Below, piece by piece: positions 18,172-26,653 of a DNA stretch of 64,000 nt (its first letter is position 1; each line of letters starts with the position of its first letter). A program made the translations under genes and the position numbers. The DNA lies in NCBI GenBank assembly GCA_001791305.1, contig MGEI01000005.1, positions 404,208 to 468,207 of the forward strand. Direction: 5' to 3'. Source of the stretch: Candidatus Uhrbacteria bacterium RIFCSPLOWO2_01_FULL_47_17. Lineage in GTDB: Bacteria; Patescibacteriota; Patescibacteriia; UBA9934; GWF2-40-263. The notes under the pieces were generated by a model, which searched no databases, had not been told where the DNA came from, and was given only the letters and a program-made list of their open reading frames with translations.

Positions 18172-19305
18172 ATGGAGGTTTCCGTGTCTGACTATCCAAT
18201 CGAACGTGAGCGTCGATGGCTTGTGAAGGATTTCGATCGCGGCGTTCTCGAGAGCTTCGGCGTCATCCGCAAATACATTCGCCAAGGATACTTTGATGTT
18301 TTGGGCGAACGCAGTTTCCGTGTGCGTATTATCGATGGCAAGAAAGCTGTCGTGACGCTGAAAACTGGTTCGGGTGAATATCGCACAGAGCGTGAGCATG
18401 AGATCAATCTTGAAGCAGCGAACGTGATGTTTGACGCGACAACGTACGTCGTCGGAAAGACTCGTTACGTGATCGACGGATGGGAACTCGATCTTTTCGA
18501 TGGCTCTTTGCAAGGGATTGTCGTGCTTGAGTACGAAGCGCATGGCGATGAACCGATTCCTGAATTGCCGTCGTGGATTCACGACGCGATCGATGTGACG
18601 GACTCGCTCACAAACCTGCATCTCGCACGCATGGCAAAGGAGATCAGCGGCGATGTGAATGAACACGTCTCGCGTTACCTGGAACCAAAGCTGCCGAAGA
18701 TTGTGCTCACCGGCGGGCCATGTTCGGGCAAGAGCACGCTCATGCGTGAGATCATGGAAAAGTATGGCGATCGCGTGCACTGCGTGCCCGAGGTCGCGAC
18801 GATTCTCATCGCGCAAGTCGGCATTCTGCCGGATGCGAAAGACGAGGCGCACAACGCACGCTTTCAGAAAATCTTGTACCGCGTGCAACGGTCGTTCGAA
18901 GAAGCGGCGGAGTTGCAAGCGATCAAAGACGGGAAGCAGGTGATTATTCTGGATCGCGGCACGCTCGATGCGGTCGCGTATTTCGAGGGTGAAATCAACG
19001 AACAGCGACAGGCGTTGTTCAGTATCGCAACAGGTGTCAACGTGCGTGATGAGCTGAAGAGGTATGATCAGGTCATCTATCTTGCGCCGCCTTCGCGCGA
19101 GGTGTACGAAGCACAACGGACAAACAACGCCGCGCGTCTTGAGACGTTCGAACAGGCAATGAAACTCGCTGATCGCACGTGTGAGGCGTGGCTTGTCCGA
19201 GAAATTCCCGAGTGGTCGTATTTTCGTTTCAAGCATGTCGGTGGAAATACCTGGGAAGAAAAGCGCGACACTGCCTTCGATGCACTCAGAATGTTCTTTC
19301 TTTAG
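18172..19305 (+). CDS. CYTH (triphosphate tunnel) domain fused to a P-loop AAA_28/NadR-type (nicotinamide-riboside-kinase-like) domain
   Basis: N-terminal YPIERERRWLV...FRVRIIDGKKAVVTLKTG...EYRTEREHEI matches the CYTH beta-tunnel pattern. C-terminal KIVLTGGPCSGKSTLMREI ... IILDRGTLDAVAY resembles NadR-C/AAA_28 kinases. Confidence 0.5.
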   Translation: MEVSVSDYPIERERRWLVKDFDRGVLESFGVIRKYIRQGYFDVLGERSFRVRIIDGKKAVVTLKTGSGEYRTEREHEINLEAANVMFDATTYVVGKTRYVIDGWELDLFDGSLQGIVVLEYEAHGDEPIPELPSWIHDAIDVTDSLTNLHLARMAKEISGDVNEHVSRYLEPKLPKIVLTGGPCSGKSTLMREIMEKYGDRVHCVPEVATILIAQVGILPDAKDEAHNARFQKILYRVQRSFEEAAELQAIKDGKQVIILDRGTLDAVAYFEGEINEQRQALFSIATGVNVRDELKRYDQVIYLAPPSREVYEAQRTNNAARLETFEQAMKLADRTCEAWLVREIPEWSYFRFKHVGGNTWEEKRDTAFDALRMFFL

Positions 19306-19308
19306 AAC

Positions 19309-19331
19309 CCCAACGGGTTCTTTTTTTGTCC
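19309..19331 (+). terminator. Terminator after the CYTH-kinase gene
   Basis: GAACCCcaacGGGTTC followed by T7. Confidence 0.6.
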
Positions 19332-19348
19332 GAGAAAATAAAAAGACA

Positions 19349-19367
19349 CCTTCTTAAGGTGTCAGAT
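19349..19367 (-). terminator. Terminator of the minus-strand gene 19373..20257
   Basis: GACACCttaagaaGGTGTC with a T-run on the minus strand. Confidence 0.5.
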
Positions 19368-19372
19368 TTGCT

Positions 19373-20257
19373 TCAAGCCGCTTGCGCGTCTGTGTTTGCG
19401 GCACGTTGCGGCTTAAAGAGAAAAAAATTTCGGACTTGTTTCACCTCGTCATCGATCCGAAAGTCGAATGTGTAGGGAATCGTCATTTGACAAGGGTGAA
19501 ACACATATCCCGGATACTGCTCATGGATGCGGGCCATGCCTTCCTGAAGACGCCGTGTCCAATCATCTGCAGAATCTTGGGTGCTGACATTTTCCTGATG
19601 GCGAACACGTTCGATCTGAAACGTTTTGTCTGTTGGATTTGCTTGTTTCACTTGGAGACAAGTCACTGCTTCGTTTTTTTCGCTGAAGACGAACAGATCA
19701 ATTCCAAGCATATATGATTCATAGACGCTTGGTAAATACATCCAGCACTCGTCGAGTTCTGAAATGATTTCGATGGTCTGTGCGCATGCGTGCGCGTAGT
19801 CGCAGCTCATGTTCCAGATGTTCGATCGGATCCCGGGCAGGGCGCCGATTTTGAGCACGCTCGGAATATCTTTCGGATCAAGATCCAAAAAGAGTTCAAC
19901 GAGTTTCTGCTTACACATGGCAACAAGAACGCTGTGAGATCTACGTTCATTGTCCGAGAATTGCGGGTGCATGAAGTGGAACGTCATGCGGTGCAAGATG
20001 ATCGCTTCAAACAGACATTTTTCCACTTCCGACAGCTGCTTTCTGAACGCGATGTATGTGGAGTCGAGCACGCGCTGAAAGAATGCGTTGTGTGTTTGCA
20101 CATGTCGTGTTTTCGAAAGCTCGGGCGCTTCCGGGAGATAGACAGGTTTGTTTTGCAAAAAGTCTTCCACACGACGCAAAATATCTGGCGTGAACATTTT
20201 GCTTCCGCGCACAAGACAGATTTCGTGATGAGTACGCAAGAATGTGTCGAGCATCAC
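19373..20257 (-). CDS. Hypothetical protein (294 aa; the start may instead be the internal Met at 20197)
   Basis: A long intact ORF with its own terminator. No family was recognised; a ThyX-like RHR..S..S.RY motif was looked for and is absent. Confidence 0.35.
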   Translation of the reverse strand: MMLDTFLRTHHEICLVRGSKMFTPDILRRVEDFLQNKPVYLPEAPELSKTRHVQTHNAFFQRVLDSTYIAFRKQLSEVEKCLFEAIILHRMTFHFMHPQFSDNERRSHSVLVAMCKQKLVELFLDLDPKDIPSVLKIGALPGIRSNIWNMSCDYAHACAQTIEIISELDECWMYLPSVYESYMLGIDLFVFSEKNEAVTCLQVKQANPTDKTFQIERVRHQENVSTQDSADDWTRRLQEGMARIHEQYPGYVFHPCQMTIPYTFDFRIDDEVKQVRNFFLFKPQRAANTDAQAA

Positions 20258-20365
20258 CTACCTCATGGAGATGGATATCCCATCTCATCTAAAAAGGACG
20301 ATATGGAAGACTACCAACAGAATCCGGTTGCGTCAAGCCTTTTTGTTCGATATGATCCTTTTACT

Positions 20366-23209
20366 ATGAGCTATAACCATCAGGAAATTGAAAAGAAATG
20401 GCAGGCCAAATGGGCGGCCAATCGAGCGGGTCATGTTGACGAGGCCGCGTCGAGAGACAACGCGCTCTATTATTTGATCATGTTTCCGTACCCATCTGGA
20501 TCTGGTTTGCACGTGGGACACGTGGAATCGCAAGCCGCGATCGATATTTTGGCTCGCATGGAACGCATGCGTGGAAAAAATGTGTTGTGTCCGATCGGAT
20601 ACGATGCCTTCGGTTTGCCCGCCGAGAATTATGCGATCAAGACGGGAGTACACCCTGCCGAGACCACAAAAAAAGCGATCGAGAATTTTCATAACCAAAT
20701 GCAATCGCTTGGTCTTTCGTTTGATTGGTCACGCGAAATTTCGACGGCTGATCCGGAATATTACAAATGGACGCAATGGTTATTTTTGTTGTTCTACAAA
20801 AACGGATTGGCGTACAGAAAAAAATCTCCCGTGAACTGGTGCGAAGGATGCCATACGGTTCTTGCAAACGAGCAGGTTGTCGCGGGAGCTTGTGAGCGTT
20901 GCGGGACGGTTGTTGTGCAAAAAGAGTTGGAGCAATGGTTTTTTCATATCACAAAATATGCAGATCGACTTCTTGCGGGATTGGATTCGATCGACTGGCC
21001 AGAGAAGATTAAGTCGATGCAACGCAACTGGATTGGGAAGAGTGTGGGGGCAGAGATAAACTTTTTAGTGATGAGTGATGAGGGATCAGGGATCAGTGAT
21101 CAGGCGAAAGATTCCCTCAAGTTTACACCGGAGCTAACCGAGTTAATTTATTCAGGAAAAAAGACCAACACGATTCGTTTGGAGAAAAAGAATTTGCAAG
21201 TTGGTGACACGGTTCGACTCATGACTCGATTGAGTGCAACAGAAACGCATTCATTCGCGTTTGCGAAAATTACGGGTGTTGATTTGATAAAGCTGAACGA
21301 CATCTCACTTGATCTCAAAGGACACGAAAGATATGAATCACGAGAAGCCATGTTAAAAAGTTATCAAGATTTTTATGGTGCAACTGTTTCGTTAGAAACA
21401 GAATTTGTTCTTTATCACTTTGCGAACGTTACGCCGCTCATTACCGTCTTCACCACACGCCCAGACACACTCTTCGGCGCAACCTATCTCGTTCTCGCGC
21501 CCGAACACGCACTCGTCGATCAGATCGTCACAGACGAACATCGATCCGAGATCGACACGTATCGAATCGCTGCATCAAAAAAGTCTGTGCTTGAACGAAC
21601 GGAATTACAAAAAGAAAAGACGGGAGTCTTCACAGGTGCCTATGCAATCAATCCGGCAAATGGAGAACAGATTCCAGTCTGGATCGCGGATTATGTGATC
21701 ACAACTTACGGAACAGGAGCGATTATGGCGGTACCCGCACACGATGCGCGCGATTTTGAGTTTGCAAAGAAATATGAGTTGCCAATCAAAGTTGTCGTGA
21801 AGCCGGCCGTGCTGCAAACGCTCATGTCCGAGACTCTCGCAGTCTCTCACGGTGCACAGTCTTCCGTCGAGATCGTCTCGGATTGTTTTACAGAACAAGG
21901 AATTGCGATCAACTCCGCGTTTCTCGATGGCCTCTCGACTGCGGACGCAAAACAAAAGATGATTGCTTGGCTCGAAGAAAAACATATTGGAAATGCAAAA
22001 ACGACTTTTCGTCTCCGTGACTGGCTTGTTTCTCGCCAGCGATACTGGGGAGCGCCGATCCCGATTATTTGGTGTGAAAATTGCGGTGCGCAGCCGGTTG
22101 AGGAAGCACAGCTTCCTGTCGAACTTCCAACCGACGTCGATTTCTCCGCCATAGGCGGATCCGCCTCCGGCGGAAAACCAACAGGTGAATCACCGCTCGT
22201 CGATTCAAACACATTTCACAATGTGAAATGTCCGACGTGCGGAAAAGCCGCGCGTCGCGAATCCGACACGATGGACACGTTCGTCGATTCGTCCTGGTAC
22301 TATCTTCGCTACACAGATCCGCACAATACGAATGCGTTCGCGGACAAATCAAAAATTGATTATTGGTGCCCGGTCGACCTGTATCTCGGCGGTGCAGAAC
22401 ATGCTGTGATGCATTTGTTGTACGCGCGATTTTTTGCGTACGCGCTTCACGATCTGGGCTATCTTGGCTTCGAAGAGCCATTCTTGAAACTCAAAAATCA
22501 AGGTCTCATTCTTGGTCCGGACGGCGACAAGATGTCAAAATCAAAAGGGAACGTGGTGAACCCGGACGAGATGGTTTCCGAATATGGCGCGGACGCACTT
22601 CGTTTGTATGAAATGTTCATGGGCCCACTCGAAGACGCAAAGCCGTGGGATACGAAAGGCGTAGTCGGCGTTCGTCGTTTTCTCGATAAGGTTCACAATT
22701 TGTGCATTCGCGTTATAGGCGGGGTCCCCAGACCCCGCGACGATGCGCATACGAAATTGATTCATAAATCCATCAAAAAAATCACGTCCGATCTCGAAGA
22801 ATTAAAATTCAACACAGCCATCTCTCAGCTCATGATTGTTGTGAATGAATTCTCGAGCGCGTCTTCGATCAACAAAGAAACGTTCGAAACGTTTTTGAAA
22901 CTCCTCGCGCCTCTCGCACCACACCTCGCCGAGGAACTGTGGGAGAAGCTTGGACACACGACGTCGATCTTTGCAGAGTCATGGCCTGTGTTCGATTCAA
23001 CACTCATCGTCGACGATGTGGTCGACATGGGTGTTCAAGTAAATGGAAAAGTTCGCGGGACGATCTCGCTTGCACCAAGTGCGGACGAGGCCACGGCAAA
23101 AGAACTCGCGTTTGCAAATGTGAATGTGATGAAATGGATTGATGGCAAAGAGATTATGAAGATTGTGTATGTGCCAGGAAAGATTTTTAACATTGTTGTA
23201 AAGGAATAG
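20366..23209 (+). CDS. leuS: Leucyl-tRNA synthetase with an inserted ASCH-like domain
   Basis: Starts MSYNHQEIEKKWQ, with PYPSGSGLHVGHV (the HIGH motif), the TTRPDTLFGATYLVLAPEH editing domain and KMSKS. A ~115-aa insertion (21067..21420) sits between the catalytic and editing regions. A family-B repeat lies in frame at 22715..22742. Confidence 0.9.
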   Translation: MSYNHQEIEKKWQAKWAANRAGHVDEAASRDNALYYLIMFPYPSGSGLHVGHVESQAAIDILARMERMRGKNVLCPIGYDAFGLPAENYAIKTGVHPAETTKKAIENFHNQMQSLGLSFDWSREISTADPEYYKWTQWLFLLFYKNGLAYRKKSPVNWCEGCHTVLANEQVVAGACERCGTVVVQKELEQWFFHITKYADRLLAGLDSIDWPEKIKSMQRNWIGKSVGAEINFLVMSDEGSGISDQAKDSLKFTPELTELIYSGKKTNTIRLEKKNLQVGDTVRLMTRLSATETHSFAFAKITGVDLIKLNDISLDLKGHERYESREAMLKSYQDFYGATVSLETEFVLYHFANVTPLITVFTTRPDTLFGATYLVLAPEHALVDQIVTDEHRSEIDTYRIAASKKSVLERTELQKEKTGVFTGAYAINPANGEQIPVWIADYVITTYGTGAIMAVPAHDARDFEFAKKYELPIKVVVKPAVLQTLMSETLAVSHGAQSSVEIVSDCFTEQGIAINSAFLDGLSTADAKQKMIAWLEEKHIGNAKTTFRLRDWLVSRQRYWGAPIPIIWCENCGAQPVEEAQLPVELPTDVDFSAIGGSASGGKPTGESPLVDSNTFHNVKCPTCGKAARRESDTMDTFVDSSWYYLRYTDPHNTNAFADKSKIDYWCPVDLYLGGAEHAVMHLLYARFFAYALHDLGYLGFEEPFLKLKNQGLILGPDGDKMSKSKGNVVNPDEMVSEYGADALRLYEMFMGPLEDAKPWDTKGVVGVRRFLDKVHNLCIRVIGGVPRPRDDAHTKLIHKSIKKITSDLEELKFNTAISQLMIVVNEFSSASSINKETFETFLKLLAPLAPHLAEELWEKLGHTTSIFAESWPVFDSTLIVDDVVDMGVQVNGKVRGTISLAPSADEATAKELAFANVNVMKWIDGKEIMKIVYVPGKIFNIVVKE
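22715..22742. repeat. Family-B palindrome ATAGGCGGGGTCCCCAGACCCCGCGACGA inside leuS (in frame, encoding IGGVPRPRDD)
   Basis: 27 of 29 nt are identical to the intergenic copy at 34038..34069. The same core occurs at 6722 and 26057. Confidence 0.7.
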
Positions 23210-23212
23210 GGT

Positions 23213-24523
23213 ATGAACTTGGTGATCATCGGCACGGGCTATGTTGGCCTTACGTCTGCGCTCGGATATACACAACTCGGTCATCGTGTTGCGTGTGTTG
23301 ATGTGAATGCGGAAAAAATTGCGCAATTGGATCTGGGACATGTTCCGTTTTTTGAATCGGGTTTATCGGATGTTCTTCATACAGCGCAAGAAGCCGGTTC
23401 GATTATTTTTACGACAGACCTCGCATCTGTTTTGTCCGAAGCGGAACTTGTGTTGTTTGCCGTTGGAACACCGTCGGCCTCTACGGGCGAAGCGAACTTG
23501 TCGTTTTTATTGCATGCAGCGCGTGATGTTGGTCGTCATTTGGATCACGAAGTATTGCTCGTCGTGAAGAGTACGGTTCCGGTCGGAACAAATCGTCGTG
23601 TTCTTGAGGTCGCGCGCGAGGCGATGACCGTTGCCGGTCGAGGAGATCTCACAAGTTTGATTCAAATCGCGTCGCTCCCAGAATTTTTGCGAGAGGGAAG
23701 TGCCATTGCGGATTTTATGGCGCCGGAGCGAATCGTTGTTGGCGCGGATGATGACGTTGCCTATCGACTTGTGGAAGAACTCCATCGCGGCATTCAAACC
23801 ACATGGGTGAAGACAACGATCGAGACAGCAGAGCTTACGAAGTACGCGGCGAACGCAATGCTCGCAACAAAGATTTCGTTTATCAATGAGATCGCAAATA
23901 TCGCAGAGCGCACCGGAGCGAATGTGGTCGACATTGCGCATGCGATCGGACTCGACTCGAGAATCGGGCCGCATTTTTTGAACGCAGGCATCGGCTACGG
24001 TGGTTCATGCTTCCCGAAGGACGTCTCGGCGCTGCGACAAATTGCGGGCGCGAATGGATATGATTTTAAATTGTTGTCTGCTGTGATTGAGGTGAACAAT
24101 CATCAACGCGATCTTTTTTTGAAAAAAATTCAAGAGATGCTTGGAAACATGAAGGGCCGACGCATTGCGGTCTGGGGACTCGCGTTCAAACCGGGAACAG
24201 ATGATGTGCGTGAATCGGCGGCGATTGATCTTGTACGAAGACTCTACGCGATCGGTGCGGAAGTTTGCGCGTTTGATCCGCAAGCGATCGAGACGGCGCG
24301 AAAAATTTTGCCGGATGGAATTCAGTTCGCGGGAACCGCGATCGATGCAGCCGAAGGGGCAGAAGCACTCATCGTTCTTACCGAGTGGCCAGAGTTCCGC
24401 GATGTTTCATTCTCGACCCTCAAAGCACGCATGCTCGATCCGATTGTTTTTGATGGACGCAACTGCCTGAAAGATGCACACCTCGAAAAATTTGGATTCA
24501 CCTATGTTGGTGTCGGTATTTAA
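23213..24523 (+). CDS. ugd: UDP-glucose 6-dehydrogenase / nucleotide-sugar dehydrogenase
   Basis: MNLVIIGTGYVGLTSA NAD-binding motif and the catalytic GGSCFPKD. Confidence 0.85.
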   Translation: MNLVIIGTGYVGLTSALGYTQLGHRVACVDVNAEKIAQLDLGHVPFFESGLSDVLHTAQEAGSIIFTTDLASVLSEAELVLFAVGTPSASTGEANLSFLLHAARDVGRHLDHEVLLVVKSTVPVGTNRRVLEVAREAMTVAGRGDLTSLIQIASLPEFLREGSAIADFMAPERIVVGADDDVAYRLVEELHRGIQTTWVKTTIETAELTKYAANAMLATKISFINEIANIAERTGANVVDIAHAIGLDSRIGPHFLNAGIGYGGSCFPKDVSALRQIAGANGYDFKLLSAVIEVNNHQRDLFLKKIQEMLGNMKGRRIAVWGLAFKPGTDDVRESAAIDLVRRLYAIGAEVCAFDPQAIETARKILPDGIQFAGTAIDAAEGAEALIVLTEWPEFRDVSFSTLKARMLDPIVFDGRNCLKDAHLEKFGFTYVGVGI

Positions 24524-26036
24524 AAAGATCACAACATCGCCATCAAGAACATTCGCCCTTCTCGCGGCGATGTTTTGTTTCGGCATCCTCGTAGGTCCAC
24601 TCGCGATCGGCATCTCGACGTCGGTCTTCGGCGTGCTCCTCGCGATCTGTCTCCTGAGCTTCTCATTCATAGCCCCCTCTCCCTTCGAGGGAGAGGGCGG
24701 GGGGAGAGGGGTCACAAGTGCATCTTCTCGAAACACATTCCGCATCTTATGCCTTGCTCTCTTCTTCCTCGTCTTGGGATTATTTTGCTACCAACAAAGT
24801 GAAATTCCAAAAAACATTCCCACGGTTCGTGACTTCACCGGTTCTCAGATCCGCATCGAAGGTGATGTGATCGCCGAGTCATCCATCAAAACAAAATCAC
24901 AACAAGTGACAATTGGTCGCGTGAAAGTTGCTGACGTGCCCGTATTCGGAAACGTGCTCGTAACTGTCTTGAGGGAACAGTCGATCGCATACGGCGATCA
25001 CCTCGTCTTCTCTTGCTCCATGCAAATTCCACGACCATTCAGTGGATTCGCGTATGATCGCTTCCTCCAAGCAAAGGGAACCTTTGCGCTTTGTCGCTTT
25101 CCGCACGATCTCGAACGCGCGCCCTCGAATGCGTTCTCGCTTGTTGCTTCGATCCTCACATTCAAACGAGACGTTGTCTCAACCATGAAACACGTCTTTC
25201 CCGAACCGCATGCTTCGTTCCTCTTTGGTCTCGTCTTCGGAGGAAATGTTGGTCTTGAGCGAACGATCCAAGACGAGTTTCGAGAAACCGGCATGTCACA
25301 CATCCTCGCCGCCTCCGGTTTCAATGTCTCGCTTTTCACCTTCGTCTTCTTCGGCTGGATCGTTCAGCACCTCGGCCGTAAACGCGGCGCGATCGCAACC
25401 GCAATTTTGCTCGCTGTGTATGTGATCATGGCCGGCGCAACCGCCGCCGTGGTTCGCGCCGCAATCTTCGGAGGTGTTCTCCTTATCGGTTCCATGATCG
25501 GGCGACGCGCGTCGATCGTGAATACGCTTCTGCTCACCGCATCCGTCATGTTGTTTTACAATCCGCGTTGGCTCCTCGACGACGTTGGTTTTCAACTCTC
25601 GTTCGTCGCCTTCGCCGCAATCATTTTCATCGCGCCGCGTCTCGAAGAAAAACTCGAGTTCGTTCCCGAACACATCGGCATCCGCAACGCCCTCGCCGGT
25701 TCACTCTCTGCAATTTTTCTCACGCTTCCCATCATCCTCTGGCAGTTCGGCTCGATCTCGCTTGTCGCCCCATTCGCAAACGTTTTCGTGCTCCCACTCG
25801 TTCCATTCCTCATGTTCTACACAATCGCGATTCTGCCGATCGCCTGGCTTTCGACTTCCATCGGACAACTCATCGCTCTGCCGGCGCTCTTCGGATCGAA
25901 ATACATTCTCGCGATAGTCTCGATATTCGCCTCGCCAACATTCGCCTCCGTTTCCGTTCCGTTCGCGCAGACAGCCGCGGTCATCGTTGTGATTGGGCTC
26001 GCCATCGGATCCGTTGTCTTTTTTCGACGGGCGTGA
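24504..26036 (+). CDS. ComEC/Rec2-like membrane protein (DUF4131 plus competence domain)
   Basis: FGLVFGGNVGLERTIQDEFRETGMSHILAASGFNVSLF, the ComEC core, and multiple TM helices. An in-frame family-A repeat lies at 24672..24715. The start was taken at an internal Met because the long ORF overlaps the end of ugd. Confidence 0.6.
   Translation: MLVSVFKKITTSPSRTFALLAAMFCFGILVGPLAIGISTSVFGVLLAICLLSFSFIAPSPFEGEGGGRGVTSASSRNTFRILCLALFFLVLGLFCYQQSEIPKNIPTVRDFTGSQIRIEGDVIAESSIKTKSQQVTIGRVKVADVPVFGNVLVTVLREQSIAYGDHLVFSCSMQIPRPFSGFAYDRFLQAKGTFALCRFPHDLERAPSNAFSLVASILTFKRDVVSTMKHVFPEPHASFLFGLVFGGNVGLERTIQDEFRETGMSHILAASGFNVSLFTFVFFGWIVQHLGRKRGAIATAILLAVYVIMAGATAAVVRAAIFGGVLLIGSMIGRRASIVNTLLLTASVMLFYNPRWLLDDVGFQLSFVAFAAIIFIAPRLEEKLEFVPEHIGIRNALAGSLSAIFLTLPIILWQFGSISLVAPFANVFVLPLVPFLMFYTIAILPIAWLSTSIGQLIALPALFGSKYILAIVSIFASPTFASVSVPFAQTAAVIVVIGLAIGSVVFFRRA
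24672..24715. repeat. Family-A element in frame within the ComEC-like gene (encodes PSPFEGEGGGRGV)
   Basis: 43 of 44 nt are identical to the copy at 5152..5195. Confidence 0.75.
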
Positions 26037-26056
26037 TATCTTTGCGACAAATTCAT

Positions 26057-26080
26057 GCGGGGTCAGGGGACCCCGCCTAT
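26057..26080. repeat. Family-B palindrome (reverse orientation) GCGGGGTCaggGGACCCCGCCTAT between comEC and ndk
   Basis: Same core as 6722, 22715 and 34038. Confidence 0.6.
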
Positions 26081-26092
26081 AACATAAAATGT

Positions 26093-26551
26093 ATGGCCGA
26101 CATTCAACGCACCCTCGTTTTGCTTAAACCAGACGCGCTTCAGCGTGATTTGCTTGGGGAGATTCTTACGCGTTTTGAACGCAAAGGACTCAAAATCATC
26201 GGACTCAAGTTGTTCCAACTTTCAGACGAACAACTGAATGTGCACTACGCACACCTTGCGGAAAAATCCTTCTTCGCCGATTTGAAAAATTTTATGAAGC
26301 ACACACCGGTTGTCGGAATCGTGCTTGAAGGCATGGAAGCGGTTTCCGAAGTGCGCAAAATGATTGGTTCCACAAACCCATTGCAAGCGGATGCAGGAAC
26401 CGTGCGTGCAGATTTCTCGATGAACGTTTCATCGAACTTGGTGCATGCTTCCGACAGTCTCGAGAACGCCGCGGCAGAAGTTGCACGATTCTTTAAAGAA
26501 GAAGAATTGTTTACCTACGTAAAAATTACCGATCAATATATTTTCGGATAA
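26093..26551 (+). CDS. ndk: Nucleoside diphosphate kinase
   Basis: MADIQRTLVLLKPDALQR...NLVHASDS, with the catalytic His in NxxHxSD, in a 152-aa protein. Confidence 0.9.
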   Translation: MADIQRTLVLLKPDALQRDLLGEILTRFERKGLKIIGLKLFQLSDEQLNVHYAHLAEKSFFADLKNFMKHTPVVGIVLEGMEAVSEVRKMIGSTNPLQADAGTVRADFSMNVSSNLVHASDSLENAAAEVARFFKEEELFTYVKITDQYIFG

Positions 26552-26653
26552 TGCCATAAACAGCTCTGACGTCACGTCGGGGCTTTTTTGTTTGACAAAG
26601 CCCGTTCGTTTCTTTAAGGTCAAGCTATCGTTCTTTTACCAGTCGAGGGTCGC

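Noticed and set aside
17404-19236. 610-aa ORF on the minus strand
   Set aside because: It spans two well-supported plus-strand genes, the permease and the CYTH-kinase fusion, and their intergenic terminator. It is a GC-rich shadow frame.
25568-26092. 5' part of the long plus-strand ORF 25568..26551
   Set aside because: Only the 3' portion from the ATG at 26093 is ndk. The upstream part is an out-of-frame overlap of the ComEC-like gene with an Arg-rich translation.
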